A stretch of 64,000 nt of DNA from Candidatus Magasanikiibacteriota bacterium (lineage in GTDB: Bacteria; Patescibacteriota; Patescibacteriia; Magasanikbacterales; GWA2-37-8), in the NCBI GenBank assembly GCA_030650025.1, contig JAUSEN010000016.1:9428-73427 (forward strand), in the 5' to 3' direction. Positions within the stretch are counted from its first letter, which is position 1. Each line of letters opens with the position of its first letter. This document shows positions 45,327-54,191 of this stretch, piece after piece. A program made the translations under genes and the position numbers. A model generated the notes under the pieces. It was not told where the DNA came from. It saw nothing but the letters and a program-made list of their open reading frames with translations, and made no database searches.

Positions 45327-47168
45327 ATGTGTGGAATTGTTGGGTACATTGGAAAAAAACAGGCGTTACCGATTTTGCTTAATGGCTTGAAGCGTTTGGA
45401 ATACCGAGGGTATGATTCCGCGGGCGTGGCAGTATTAAATGAGGGGTTGTTTCAGACTACGCGATCGGTCGGTAAGATCGATAATTTGGTGGCAAAAATG
45501 CAAGATGAAAAAATAGGTGGGGCGAGCGGAATAAACGGGACGATGGGAATCGCTCACACCCGCTGGGCTACGCATGGCGGTGTTACCGAGGAAAATGCCC
45601 ATCCGCATAAGGATTGCACGGGTAATTTGATGATTGTGCATAATGGTATTATAGAAAATTATCGCGAACTTAAAGAAGATCTTGGTAAAAAACATGAATT
45701 TAAATCGCAGACTGATACGGAAGTGCTGGCGCATTTAATTGAGTCTTTATATAAAGGCGATTTACGGCTGGCAGTGGAAGCCGCTCTGGCTAAGGTGCGC
45801 GGGACATATGGATTGGTAGCTATGCATGCCAGCGAGCCCACAAAAATAGTAGCGGCGCGTTTGGGGAGCCCGCTCGTGGTGGGAGTGGGCGATAAAGAAT
45901 ACTATGTAGCTTCCGACACTTCGCCAATGCTGGCGCACACGCAGCAAGTGATTTTTTTAGATGATGGCGAAATCGCGGAAATTAGCGAACACGGGGTGCA
46001 GATTTATAATTTGGCTGATGAGAGGCTGAATAAACCAAGTGAAAAAATTGATTGGGACGAAACTACGGCCGAGCGGCAAGGGCATGACCACTTTATGCTT
46101 AAAGAAATTTTGGACCAGCCCACGGTTATTAAAGATGCTTTGCGCGGCCGTTTGGTAGAGAGCGATGGCACGGCTCGTCTCGGCGGCCTCAACATGACCG
46201 AGGAAGAAATGCACAAGATTAAGAGGGTGATATTGATCGCGTGTGGGACAGCGAGTTATGCCGCTCTCGTCGGTAAATATGCCTTTGAACGTTTAGCGGG
46301 GTTACCGACTACCGTAGAAATTGCCAGTGAATTTCGCTACAGCGACCCGGTGATAGATAATCACACTTTGGTTTTTGGCATCTCACAGTCTGGGGAAACC
46401 GCTGATACGCTCGCGGCCTTGCGCGAAGCCAAACGCAAGGGCGCGTTTGTGCGTGGTATTGTTAATGTGGTAGGTTCGACAATCGCTCGCGAAACTGATG
46501 GCGGCACCTATATTCACGCGGGGCCAGAATTGGCGGTCGCTTCGACAAAAGCGTTTATGAATATGATAGGCGTTTTGCTGATGTACGCGTTGCAGTTTGG
46601 GCGAGTAAATCGCCTGGCTGTGGCCACGGGCCAGCGTTTAGTTAAAGCCATGCTCCAGATTTCGGGAAAGATGAAGCAGACGCTCGAGTTAAGCGATCAA
46701 ATTAAAATTCTCGCCAAAAAATATTCTGGTTATAAAAATTATTTTTTCTTGGGGCGAGGAGTTAATTACCCGGTAGCTTTGGAAGGGTCTCTGAAACTTA
46801 AAGAATGTTCATATATTCATAGCGAAGCTTACCCGGGAGGGGAAATGAAGCATGGGCCAATCGCGCTTTTGTCGCCGGATTTCCCGGTGATGGCGATTAT
46901 GACCAAAAACCAGCTCTACGATAAAATGCGCAGCAATGTTGAAGAGATTAAGGCGCGTCAGGCGCCGCTGATAATTATAGCGACCGAGGGGGATGATAAG
47001 GCCAAAGAGCTCTCTGAAGATGTAATATATGTTCCTGCCACGATGGAGCTTTTAGAGCCGTTAATTAATACGATCCCGCTCCAGCTGTTTGCTTACCACA
47101 CCGCAGTAATGCTCGGGCGCGATGTTGACCGCCCGCGCAATTTAGCAAAGAGCGTGACTGTTGAGTAA
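45327..47168 (+). CDS. glmS: glutamine--fructose-6-phosphate aminotransferase
   Basis: MCGIVGY N-terminal nucleophile and two SIS domains; the C-terminus ends ...SVTVE. Confidence 0.9.
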   Translation: MCGIVGYIGKKQALPILLNGLKRLEYRGYDSAGVAVLNEGLFQTTRSVGKIDNLVAKMQDEKIGGASGINGTMGIAHTRWATHGGVTEENAHPHKDCTGNLMIVHNGIIENYRELKEDLGKKHEFKSQTDTEVLAHLIESLYKGDLRLAVEAALAKVRGTYGLVAMHASEPTKIVAARLGSPLVVGVGDKEYYVASDTSPMLAHTQQVIFLDDGEIAEISEHGVQIYNLADERLNKPSEKIDWDETTAERQGHDHFMLKEILDQPTVIKDALRGRLVESDGTARLGGLNMTEEEMHKIKRVILIACGTASYAALVGKYAFERLAGLPTTVEIASEFRYSDPVIDNHTLVFGISQSGETADTLAALREAKRKGAFVRGIVNVVGSTIARETDGGTYIHAGPELAVASTKAFMNMIGVLLMYALQFGRVNRLAVATGQRLVKAMLQISGKMKQTLELSDQIKILAKKYSGYKNYFFLGRGVNYPVALEGSLKLKECSYIHSEAYPGGEMKHGPIALLSPDFPVMAIMTKNQLYDKMRSNVEEIKARQAPLIIIATEGDDKAKELSEDVIYVPATMELLEPLINTIPLQLFAYHTAVMLGRDVDRPRNLAKSVTVE

Positions 47169-47194
47169 TTAATTATTATGAGTGAGCTTTTTTT

Positions 47195-47848
47195 ATGAAA
47201 TTTTCGGCAGTAATTTTTGACCTCGACGGCGTTTTGATTGACAGTGAATTGCACTGGTTTCGCGAGGAGATGAAATTTTTGAAACAGTTTAATATCCAGC
47301 TTAAGCCGGCGGACGCGTTTAAACTAAGCGGCAAAAGTTTGTATGAGGTGGCTGGCATTTTAAAAGCAGAGCATGGATTACTCGCGCCGATTGATGATTT
47401 GCTGGGGCAAAAAAAAGCTATGGCTGACAAAATTTACCGCTTTAATGCCAGAAAAATGCGCGGAGTGGATAAGTTACTAAAGGTTTTAGAGAAAAATGAA
47501 TATAAAATAGCGATTGCGTCGGGCTCGGCGTTAAAACGCGTTAAAATGATTGTGGAGAGATTTGGTTGGAAAAAGTATTTTGACAAATTAGTGTCCACGG
47601 AGCAAGTTAACTTGCTGGGGAAACCGGATCCGGCCATATATCGTTACGCGGCTATGAGTTTAAAAGTTAAGCCAGAAAATTGTTTGGTATTTGAAGATTC
47701 TTTAAATGGAGTATATGCGGCTCATGGCGCTGGCATGCAATGTGTGGGAGTGCCAGATGCCAGGTGGAGCTGGGGCGATTTTTCAGAGGCCGATTTGGTA
47801 ATAGATTCGTTAGCCGATAAAAAGTTGTTTAATTTTTTGGGGTTATGA
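47195..47848 (+). CDS. HAD hydrolase (beta-phosphoglucomutase-like)
   Basis: AVIFDLDGVLIDSE motif I. Confidence 0.65.
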   Translation: MKFSAVIFDLDGVLIDSELHWFREEMKFLKQFNIQLKPADAFKLSGKSLYEVAGILKAEHGLLAPIDDLLGQKKAMADKIYRFNARKMRGVDKLLKVLEKNEYKIAIASGSALKRVKMIVERFGWKKYFDKLVSTEQVNLLGKPDPAIYRYAAMSLKVKPENCLVFEDSLNGVYAAHGAGMQCVGVPDARWSWGDFSEADLVIDSLADKKLFNFLGL

Positions 47849-48837
47849 AAAAAAATAAATTAAAAGTCGTGGCGGTGGGGGGAGGAAATGGCAGTGCGAT
47901 TGTGCTTGAGGCCTTAAAAAATTACGCTGATCGTTTGGAAATTTCGGCGGTGATTTCGGTAAGCGACTCGGGCGGCTCGAGCGGAGAATTACGGCGCCAG
48001 TTTAAATTGCCGCCGCCGGGCGATATTTTGCGCGCGGTTTTGGGTTTGTCACCTTATGATTACCGCTTATTAAAAAAGATTTTTTATGGCAATCGTTTTG
48101 AACACTTGAAAAAATTTAAAGTCAAAGGCGCCGTGCGCGGTTTAAAAGGGCATAATTTAGGCAACTTATTTTTGATGATGTTAGCAAATGCCGAAGGGGA
48201 CTACTTAAACGCTATTAGAGCTTTGGAAAAAGCGGTAGCAGCGCAAGGTCATGTTTACCCTGTATCCCTAGAATTAACTGATTTAGGAGTAGAATTAGCA
48301 AACGGCAGAGCGGTTATTGGCGAAGGCAATATTGATCGGCCGAACTATAGTAGAAAATTAAAAATTGAAAAAGCATTTTTAAAGCCACTTGTTAAAGTTT
48401 ATAAACAAGCGGAGCAGGTACTTAAGAGTGCGGATGTAATTATTTTTTGCCCGGGCAGTTTATACTGCAGTGTAATCGCCGCGCTTTTGCCCAGAGGTGT
48501 TAAAGAGGCGATAGCGAGAAATGGGAGAGCGAAGTTAGTCTATATTCCGGGCGATGCTTATGAGATTAATGGCGAGACGGGCCCAGAGAAATTGAGCGAA
48601 TTTGTTAGCCAAATTGAACAGTATTTACCGCGCGCCCTTGATGTAGTAATGTACAATGACTGCGAATTAAGTGGACGCCTAAAAAAACGTTATAAAGAAA
48701 AGAAATGGGCGCAGTTTAAGAAAGATCCTGAGGATATAAAAGGCAAAAAGTTGGTGAGCGGAGATTTTGAGAAAGAAGCAGGTGGCTTGAGCAGTGCCAA
48801 GCTCGCACCTATGCTTAAAAAAATAATTTTTGTATGA
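47845..48837 (+). CDS. CofD/YvcK-family (UPF0052, gluconeogenesis-factor-like) protein
   Basis: VVAVGGGNGSAIVL...VSDSGGSSGELRR signature. Confidence 0.7.
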   Translation: MKKNKLKVVAVGGGNGSAIVLEALKNYADRLEISAVISVSDSGGSSGELRRQFKLPPPGDILRAVLGLSPYDYRLLKKIFYGNRFEHLKKFKVKGAVRGLKGHNLGNLFLMMLANAEGDYLNAIRALEKAVAAQGHVYPVSLELTDLGVELANGRAVIGEGNIDRPNYSRKLKIEKAFLKPLVKVYKQAEQVLKSADVIIFCPGSLYCSVIAALLPRGVKEAIARNGRAKLVYIPGDAYEINGETGPEKLSEFVSQIEQYLPRALDVVMYNDCELSGRLKKRYKEKKWAQFKKDPEDIKGKKLVSGDFEKEAGGLSSAKLAPMLKKIIFV

Positions 48838-49196
48838 ATATTAAGAAAGACATAATAAAAGACAGTTTGATGGTAAAGATAACAGTGACAGAAGAGGGCC
48901 AAGAAGCGGGGCGGTGCTTTGTATATATTTTGCATAATGATTTGCACGCCGAGCCGTTTGCGTATTTAGAGGATGTATTTGTTGCCGAGAAATTTAGAGG
49001 CCAAAAAATTGGGACTAAATTGGTGGAACTGGCTGTGGAAGAGGCGAAAAGCCGGGGGTGTTATAAAATGATTTTTACAACTCGCCATGCTAAGCCCGAA
49101 GTGCAGGAGTGGTATAAAAAATTGGGATTTAAAGATTGGGGAACAGAATTTAGGATGGATTTAAAATCAGACTCGAAAATATTGACGAAAGATTAA
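48834..49196 (+). CDS. GNAT-family N-acetyltransferase
   Basis: VAEKFRGQKIGTKLV acetyl-CoA-binding motif. Confidence 0.6.
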   Translation: MNIKKDIIKDSLMVKITVTEEGQEAGRCFVYILHNDLHAEPFAYLEDVFVAEKFRGQKIGTKLVELAVEEAKSRGCYKMIFTTRHAKPEVQEWYKKLGFKDWGTEFRMDLKSDSKILTKD

Positions 49197-49197
49197 T

Positions 49198-50397
49198 ATG
49201 AATCTGTACGAATTTGAGGGAAAAAATTTATTGGCTAAACATGGAATTAAAACGCCGCGAGGCGTGGTGGTTCGGCGTGGGGATGATTTTGTTAGTAAGT
49301 ATAATGAATTAGTGAAATTGGGAATTAAAGACGTGGTGGTGAAGGCCCAAGTTTTGAGCGGTAAGCGTGGTAAAAATAATGGGATTAAATTTTGTGATAA
49401 TGGCGAGGAGGTAAAAAAGGCATGTGAGGAATTATTTACTTTAAATATTCGAGGGCAGTATGTGGCGGCTATATTAATTGAAGAAAAATTAGCCATTGCG
49501 GAAGAACATTATATTTCGATTGTTTATGATACTAACAAAAAACAGCCGTGTTTAATTTATAGTAAACAGGGAGGGATGGATATTGAGGATGTGGCAGAGG
49601 AGAAGATTGAGAAAGTGTGGTTGGATATTAGGGAAGAAAATGTCGTTGGCGTAGAGACGTTGCACGCAACGTCTCTACCGATTGATGAATTATGGAAATT
49701 ATTTTTAAACGAAGATACCCGGCAAGTAGAAATTAATCCGCTCGTGAAAACCAAATCTGGCGAATGGGTCGCGGCGGACGCAAAAATCGCGATTGATGAT
49801 GATGCTTTTTTTAGACACCCCTCGGCAAGCTCGGGGCCTTCGGTAACTGATTGGACCAAATTTGAGCCGCGGACAATGCTGGGGCGCCTGCCGACAAGCC
49901 GGGAAATTGCCGTCAAGAAAATTGATGAAGGCGAAAAATATTACCAAGGCACAGCCGGGAAGTATATTGAGCTCGACGGTGATATCGCGATGATTTTAAA
50001 CGGGGGTGGAGCGAGTATCGCCAATATGGACGCCCTAGCTCAAGTGGGACTCAAAGCTGCTAATTACACGGAATATTCCGGTAATCCACCGAGAGAAAAA
50101 GTCGCGGCGTTGGCGCGCATTGTACTATCTAAACCTGGTCTCAAGGGCCTTTGGATGTGTGGGGTAGTAGCCAATTTTACTAACATTAAAGAAACGTTTT
50201 TAGGGATTTGCGATGCCCTCGATGAAATTAAGCCGACTTACCCAATTGTCGTCCGGCGCGACGGCACGGAGAGTGCCGCGGGGTTCGCATTATTAGAAGA
50301 ATGCGCCAAGCGTAATAATTTGAATATTAAAATGTTTAAAAAGGAAACCGGCATGAGTGCCACGGCGCAAATTTTGGCGGAGATGATAGAAAAATAA
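49198..50397 (+). CDS. SucC-like ATP-grasp subunit (succinyl-CoA synthetase beta / citryl-CoA synthetase large subunit-like)
   Basis: MNLYEFEGKNLLAKHGI... ATP-grasp N-domain and the ...DGDIAMILNGGGASIANMD ligase-CoA motif. Confidence 0.7.
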   Translation: MNLYEFEGKNLLAKHGIKTPRGVVVRRGDDFVSKYNELVKLGIKDVVVKAQVLSGKRGKNNGIKFCDNGEEVKKACEELFTLNIRGQYVAAILIEEKLAIAEEHYISIVYDTNKKQPCLIYSKQGGMDIEDVAEEKIEKVWLDIREENVVGVETLHATSLPIDELWKLFLNEDTRQVEINPLVKTKSGEWVAADAKIAIDDDAFFRHPSASSGPSVTDWTKFEPRTMLGRLPTSREIAVKKIDEGEKYYQGTAGKYIELDGDIAMILNGGGASIANMDALAQVGLKAANYTEYSGNPPREKVAALARIVLSKPGLKGLWMCGVVANFTNIKETFLGICDALDEIKPTYPIVVRRDGTESAAGFALLEECAKRNNLNIKMFKKETGMSATAQILAEMIEK

Positions 50398-50406
50398 TAA
50401 TCAACT

Positions 50407-51297
50407 ATGTCTATCTTGATAGATAAAAACACAAAAGTAGTAGTCCAAGGCATGACTGGCAAAGAAGGCCAGAAAGGCGCCAAAGCCATGCTGGATTATA
50501 ATACCACTGTTTTATGCGGAGTAACGCCGAACAAAGGTGGGCAAGAAGTGGAAGGAAAGCCGATTTTTAATTCAGTAGGAGAAGCTAAAGCGCAGTGGCC
50601 GGATTTAAATACCAGCGTTATTTATGTGCCGCCGTTTGCGGCTAAAGCCGCGATTTTGGAAGCGATTGAAGCGGGGGTAGCGTTAATAAATGTGTTTACC
50701 GAGAGAATTCCCATTAAAGACACGGCGTATTGTTTGGCGGCGTCTCAGGAGAAGGGGGCGAGAGTGCTCGGACCAAGTTCGTTAGGCGTGATTAACCCAG
50801 GAATTGGGAGATTAGGAGTGGTCGGAGGGCCATTAGTTAATGAAATTTTTCAGCCTGGGAGTATTGGCGTGGTCTCGCGTTCGGGCGGAATGACCAATGA
50901 ACTCTCTTGGAGTTTGAGGCAGGCAGGTTTAGGGCAGAGTGCGGCGGTGCACGTGGGCGGCGATTTGCTTATGGGCACAACGTATGCGGATGTTTTGCGC
51001 CTGTTTGAGAAAGATGCCAACACCAAGGGCGTGATTATTTTTGGAGAACACGGCGGCAGTTATGAATTTGAAATTGTGGAGGCGATACAAAAGAAAGAAT
51101 ACACCAAGCCGCTCGCCATTTTTATCGGCGGTAAATTTGCCAGCAGCCTCCCGGAAGGCATGAATATTGGCCACGCCGGCGCGATTGTGGAGCGCGGCAA
51201 GGGCGCGGCGGAAAAGGCCGCTGCTTTGGCTACAGTGGGAGTAATGATCGCGGAGCAATACGAAGATTTGGTTAATTTGATTAAACCTTATGCCTGA
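50407..51297 (+). CDS. SucD-like CoA-binding subunit (alpha)
   Basis: VVVQGMTGKEGQKGA CoA-binding Rossmann fold; SRSGGMTNE and GHAGAI (phospho-His) regions. Confidence 0.7.
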   Translation: MSILIDKNTKVVVQGMTGKEGQKGAKAMLDYNTTVLCGVTPNKGGQEVEGKPIFNSVGEAKAQWPDLNTSVIYVPPFAAKAAILEAIEAGVALINVFTERIPIKDTAYCLAASQEKGARVLGPSSLGVINPGIGRLGVVGGPLVNEIFQPGSIGVVSRSGGMTNELSWSLRQAGLGQSAAVHVGGDLLMGTTYADVLRLFEKDANTKGVIIFGEHGGSYEFEIVEAIQKKEYTKPLAIFIGGKFASSLPEGMNIGHAGAIVERGKGAAEKAAALATVGVMIAEQYEDLVNLIKPYA

Positions 51298-51631
51298 TTT
51301 AAACCAAATGACGAGCACAATTCAACAGGCGGAAGAGGCCATTGCTAAAGTTTCTAGTACAGCTGGGGCGATAAATGATGCTTATGTAAAAACCAAAAAT
51401 GTGATAGAGCAGGGTAGGCGTTATTATGATGTGTTTAAGAGTTGGGTGGAAAAATTTCAGGAGTGGTTGGAAAAACTTGAGCCCTATATTACGCCGGTAA
51501 AAAATTTCTGGCTAAAAATTAGCAATAATAACGAACCGAAACGGGTACTAGTCATCGTTTTGGTGGTAGTGGTGGTAATTGTTTTATGGAAATTGCGTAA
51601 TTTACGCGCGGGGCAAAAATTTGACCGATAG
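51290..51631 (+). CDS. hypothetical protein with C-terminal TM helix
   Basis: ORF with a hydrophobic C-terminal segment (VLVIVLVVVVVIVLW). Confidence 0.4.
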   Translation: MPDLNQMTSTIQQAEEAIAKVSSTAGAINDAYVKTKNVIEQGRRYYDVFKSWVEKFQEWLEKLEPYITPVKNFWLKISNNNEPKRVLVIVLVVVVVIVLWKLRNLRAGQKFDR

Positions 51632-51634
51632 TTT

Positions 51635-52462
51635 ATGAAGAAAAACCAAATGAAAAAATTTAGAAAAGGTGAACGAAACGCGCTCGGAATGACAGCTGAC
51701 CAGAGCTCTGTAATACGTAATACGGCTTGGGAAAAATCCAGCCGCTGGTACGATAAGCTGGTGGGTGAGGGCGGGCATTATTACCATGAGCATGTAATAC
51801 TCCCGGCAGTTTTAGCTATTTTTAAACTCCAGAACGGCGACAGTGTTTTAGATATTGGCTCGGGCCAGGGGGTGCTCGCCCGTATTCTGCCAAGAGGCAT
51901 TTCGTATGTTGGGGTGGACGCGTCGCTCTCTCTCACTAAAGTGGCGTCGGCAAAAAATAAAAACCCAGAGCACCGGTACGTGTGTGCCGACGCTGGCAAG
52001 ACTCTTCCGGTAGCGAAAAAAGATTTTACGCACGCGGCGATTATTTTGGCTTTACAGAATATGGAGAACCCGGGTAGTGTGCTCAAAAACACTGCCGTGC
52101 ATCTTAAAGGCGGAGCAAAATTAGTGATTGTTCTTAATCACCCGGCCTTTCGGATTCCGCGCCAGAGCGGGTGGGATGTTAACCCCAAGAATAATATCCA
52201 ATACCGCTGGATAAATCGTTATTTAAGTCCCATGAAAATTCCGCTCAATATGCACCCGGGGAAAAGTAATACCGAGTTAACCTGGAGTTTCCACGAGCCG
52301 ATTTCGGCATACGCGAAATTTTTGAAAGAAGCCGGGTTTGTGATTGAAAATATTGAAGAGTGGAGCTCGGATAAAACCAGTACGAGCCGCGAAAAAAAAC
52401 GCGAGGACCGGGCGCGGGCGGAAATCCCGCTGTTTATGTGCGTGGTGGCTATCAAAAAATAA
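51635..52462 (+). CDS. class I SAM-dependent methyltransferase
   Basis: Motif I VLDIGSGQGVLA. Confidence 0.6.
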   Translation: MKKNQMKKFRKGERNALGMTADQSSVIRNTAWEKSSRWYDKLVGEGGHYYHEHVILPAVLAIFKLQNGDSVLDIGSGQGVLARILPRGISYVGVDASLSLTKVASAKNKNPEHRYVCADAGKTLPVAKKDFTHAAIILALQNMENPGSVLKNTAVHLKGGAKLVIVLNHPAFRIPRQSGWDVNPKNNIQYRWINRYLSPMKIPLNMHPGKSNTELTWSFHEPISAYAKFLKEAGFVIENIEEWSSDKTSTSREKKREDRARAEIPLFMCVVAIKK

Positions 52463-52484
52463 TTATTTATTATAACTTTTCGAT

Positions 52485-53219
52485 ATGACGATAAAATTTA
52501 AAACAGCTATTTCTAATGTTAACGCCGGCGATGAGGTGGTGCGGGGAGAAAATTTAAAAAATTTAATAGTAGCCAAAACATTTACCGAAGTTATTTTTTT
52601 GATTTTACGGGGTGTGATGCCAACGTCAGAAGAAGTTCAGATGCTGAACGCGGTATTAGTAAGTATGATTGACCATGGGCCCGGGGTGAGCTCGGCTTTA
52701 ACGGCGCGGGTGGTTCAGTCCGCGGGGAATGATTTGCATACGGGGGTGGCCGCGGGAATGCTAGCTTTGGGAGGGAATAGGCATGGCGGAGCGCTCGGCG
52801 GCGCGGCTAAATTTTTTCAGGAAAATTTTGAGACTCAAGACTTGCCTGGGTTATTAAAAAATTTAAAAGACAAGAAAATTCGTGTGCCGGGGTATGGGCA
52901 TAAAGTTTTGGCGCATGATAACAGAACCGACGTGCTTTTTGGAGTAGCCAAAGAAACAGGTTTTTTTGGAAAATATTCTGAATTTGCTAATACAGTGCAT
53001 GAAGAAATTAATAAAATAGCTTCGAAAAAATTGCCGTTGAATATGGACGGGGCGAACGCGGCGATTCTGTCTGACATGGGTTTTGATTGGCGTTTAATAA
53101 CGGGATTTTTCTTAATTGGCCGCACCCCAGGCCTCGTGGCGCAAGTCTACGAGGAAATGCAGAGCGGGGAGGGTATCAGACGGTTAGAAGAGAGTGAGAT
53201 AGAGTATTTGGGAAGTTAG
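52485..53219 (+). CDS. citrate-synthase-like catalytic-domain protein (citryl-CoA lyase-like, short form)
   Basis: VPGYGHKVLAHDNRTDVLF resembles the citrate synthase GxGHxVY(K)xxDPR active-site block; the whole protein is only 244 aa. Confidence 0.55.
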   Translation: MTIKFKTAISNVNAGDEVVRGENLKNLIVAKTFTEVIFLILRGVMPTSEEVQMLNAVLVSMIDHGPGVSSALTARVVQSAGNDLHTGVAAGMLALGGNRHGGALGGAAKFFQENFETQDLPGLLKNLKDKKIRVPGYGHKVLAHDNRTDVLFGVAKETGFFGKYSEFANTVHEEINKIASKKLPLNMDGANAAILSDMGFDWRLITGFFLIGRTPGLVAQVYEEMQSGEGIRRLEESEIEYLGS

Positions 53220-53253
53220 GCTTTTGCAGGCAACGCGTAATTTAAATAGAGCA

Positions 53254-54090
53254 TTATTCTTTTTCGGCGTATATTACCGCGTAGCGTGAGAGAAATTTTA
53301 AAAAGGGAAAAATTTTGAGAAGTTTTTCGTCCCCGCGCTGCAAGGCGCGGTTCATTTTTTGTTTGCCAGTTTCTAAGTCTGGTTCGCGCTTAAAAAAAAT
53401 CTTGGTTAAAAACAAAAATAGCGGTTTTATTTTGTAAATAAAGGGGCTAAAGATTCGGTAGGGAATAAAAATGGTGTGAGTAAAGATTGTTGCGATTAGC
53501 CGCAAGTCGTCAATTAGTAAAATTCTTTCGGTGGGGGTTTCCTGCCTAATAGGGTAGAGCTTAGTAAAAAGTTTGGAGACGCGAATATTTTGGATGGTTT
53601 TGGAAAAGGCCAAAGGTTCGATAGCGATTAATTTTCCGCCTGGTTTTAACACACGTTTAAATTCGTTGAGGGCCAGGTCTACTTCCAGGTGGTGGAGCGA
53701 AACATTAATGAATACAATGTCAAAAAAGTTATCCTCAAACGGGGTGTGTTCAGCAGGGCAGGCATAAAAATGTGTTTGGGCAGTGGTATTATTGGTACGG
53801 GATCTAGCCTCGGCAATTTTGATGCTTTCGTCGCTGATGTCAAGGCCATAAACTTCAGCGCCGTTTTTGGCCAGCCAAACGCTTAGTTCGCCATTGCCAC
53901 AGCCAATTTCCAAAATCTTTTTGCCGTTAACATTTTACAAAAATTTTTTAGCGCCGTCCAACAAGTCTCCGCTGTAAGTGCCAAAGGGCGGCACGTTTTT
54001 GTCGACCAACAGAGGTTTACCGTCCCATTTTTCGTGGACAATAGCGTTGAAACAGTCGCGTTCGATATTTTGTTTTGAGCTGTAAGACAT
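53254..54090 (-). pseudogene. class I SAM methyltransferase (UbiE/SmtA-like) interrupted by an in-frame TAA (53935-53937)
   Basis: MSYSSKQN...GAKKFL - TAA - NVNGKKILEIGCGNGELS... are in one frame; motif I spans the junction. The track calls only the part downstream of the stop (53254-53913). Confidence 0.55.
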
Positions 54091-54191
54091 ATCTTAGCCA
54101 GTTTAGCATATTTGAGGCGGTTGGCAAAGCCAGCGCGATTAGGGCCGAGCCCCTTCATTTTTATTTATAAAAATGATAGTATCTAGGTATT

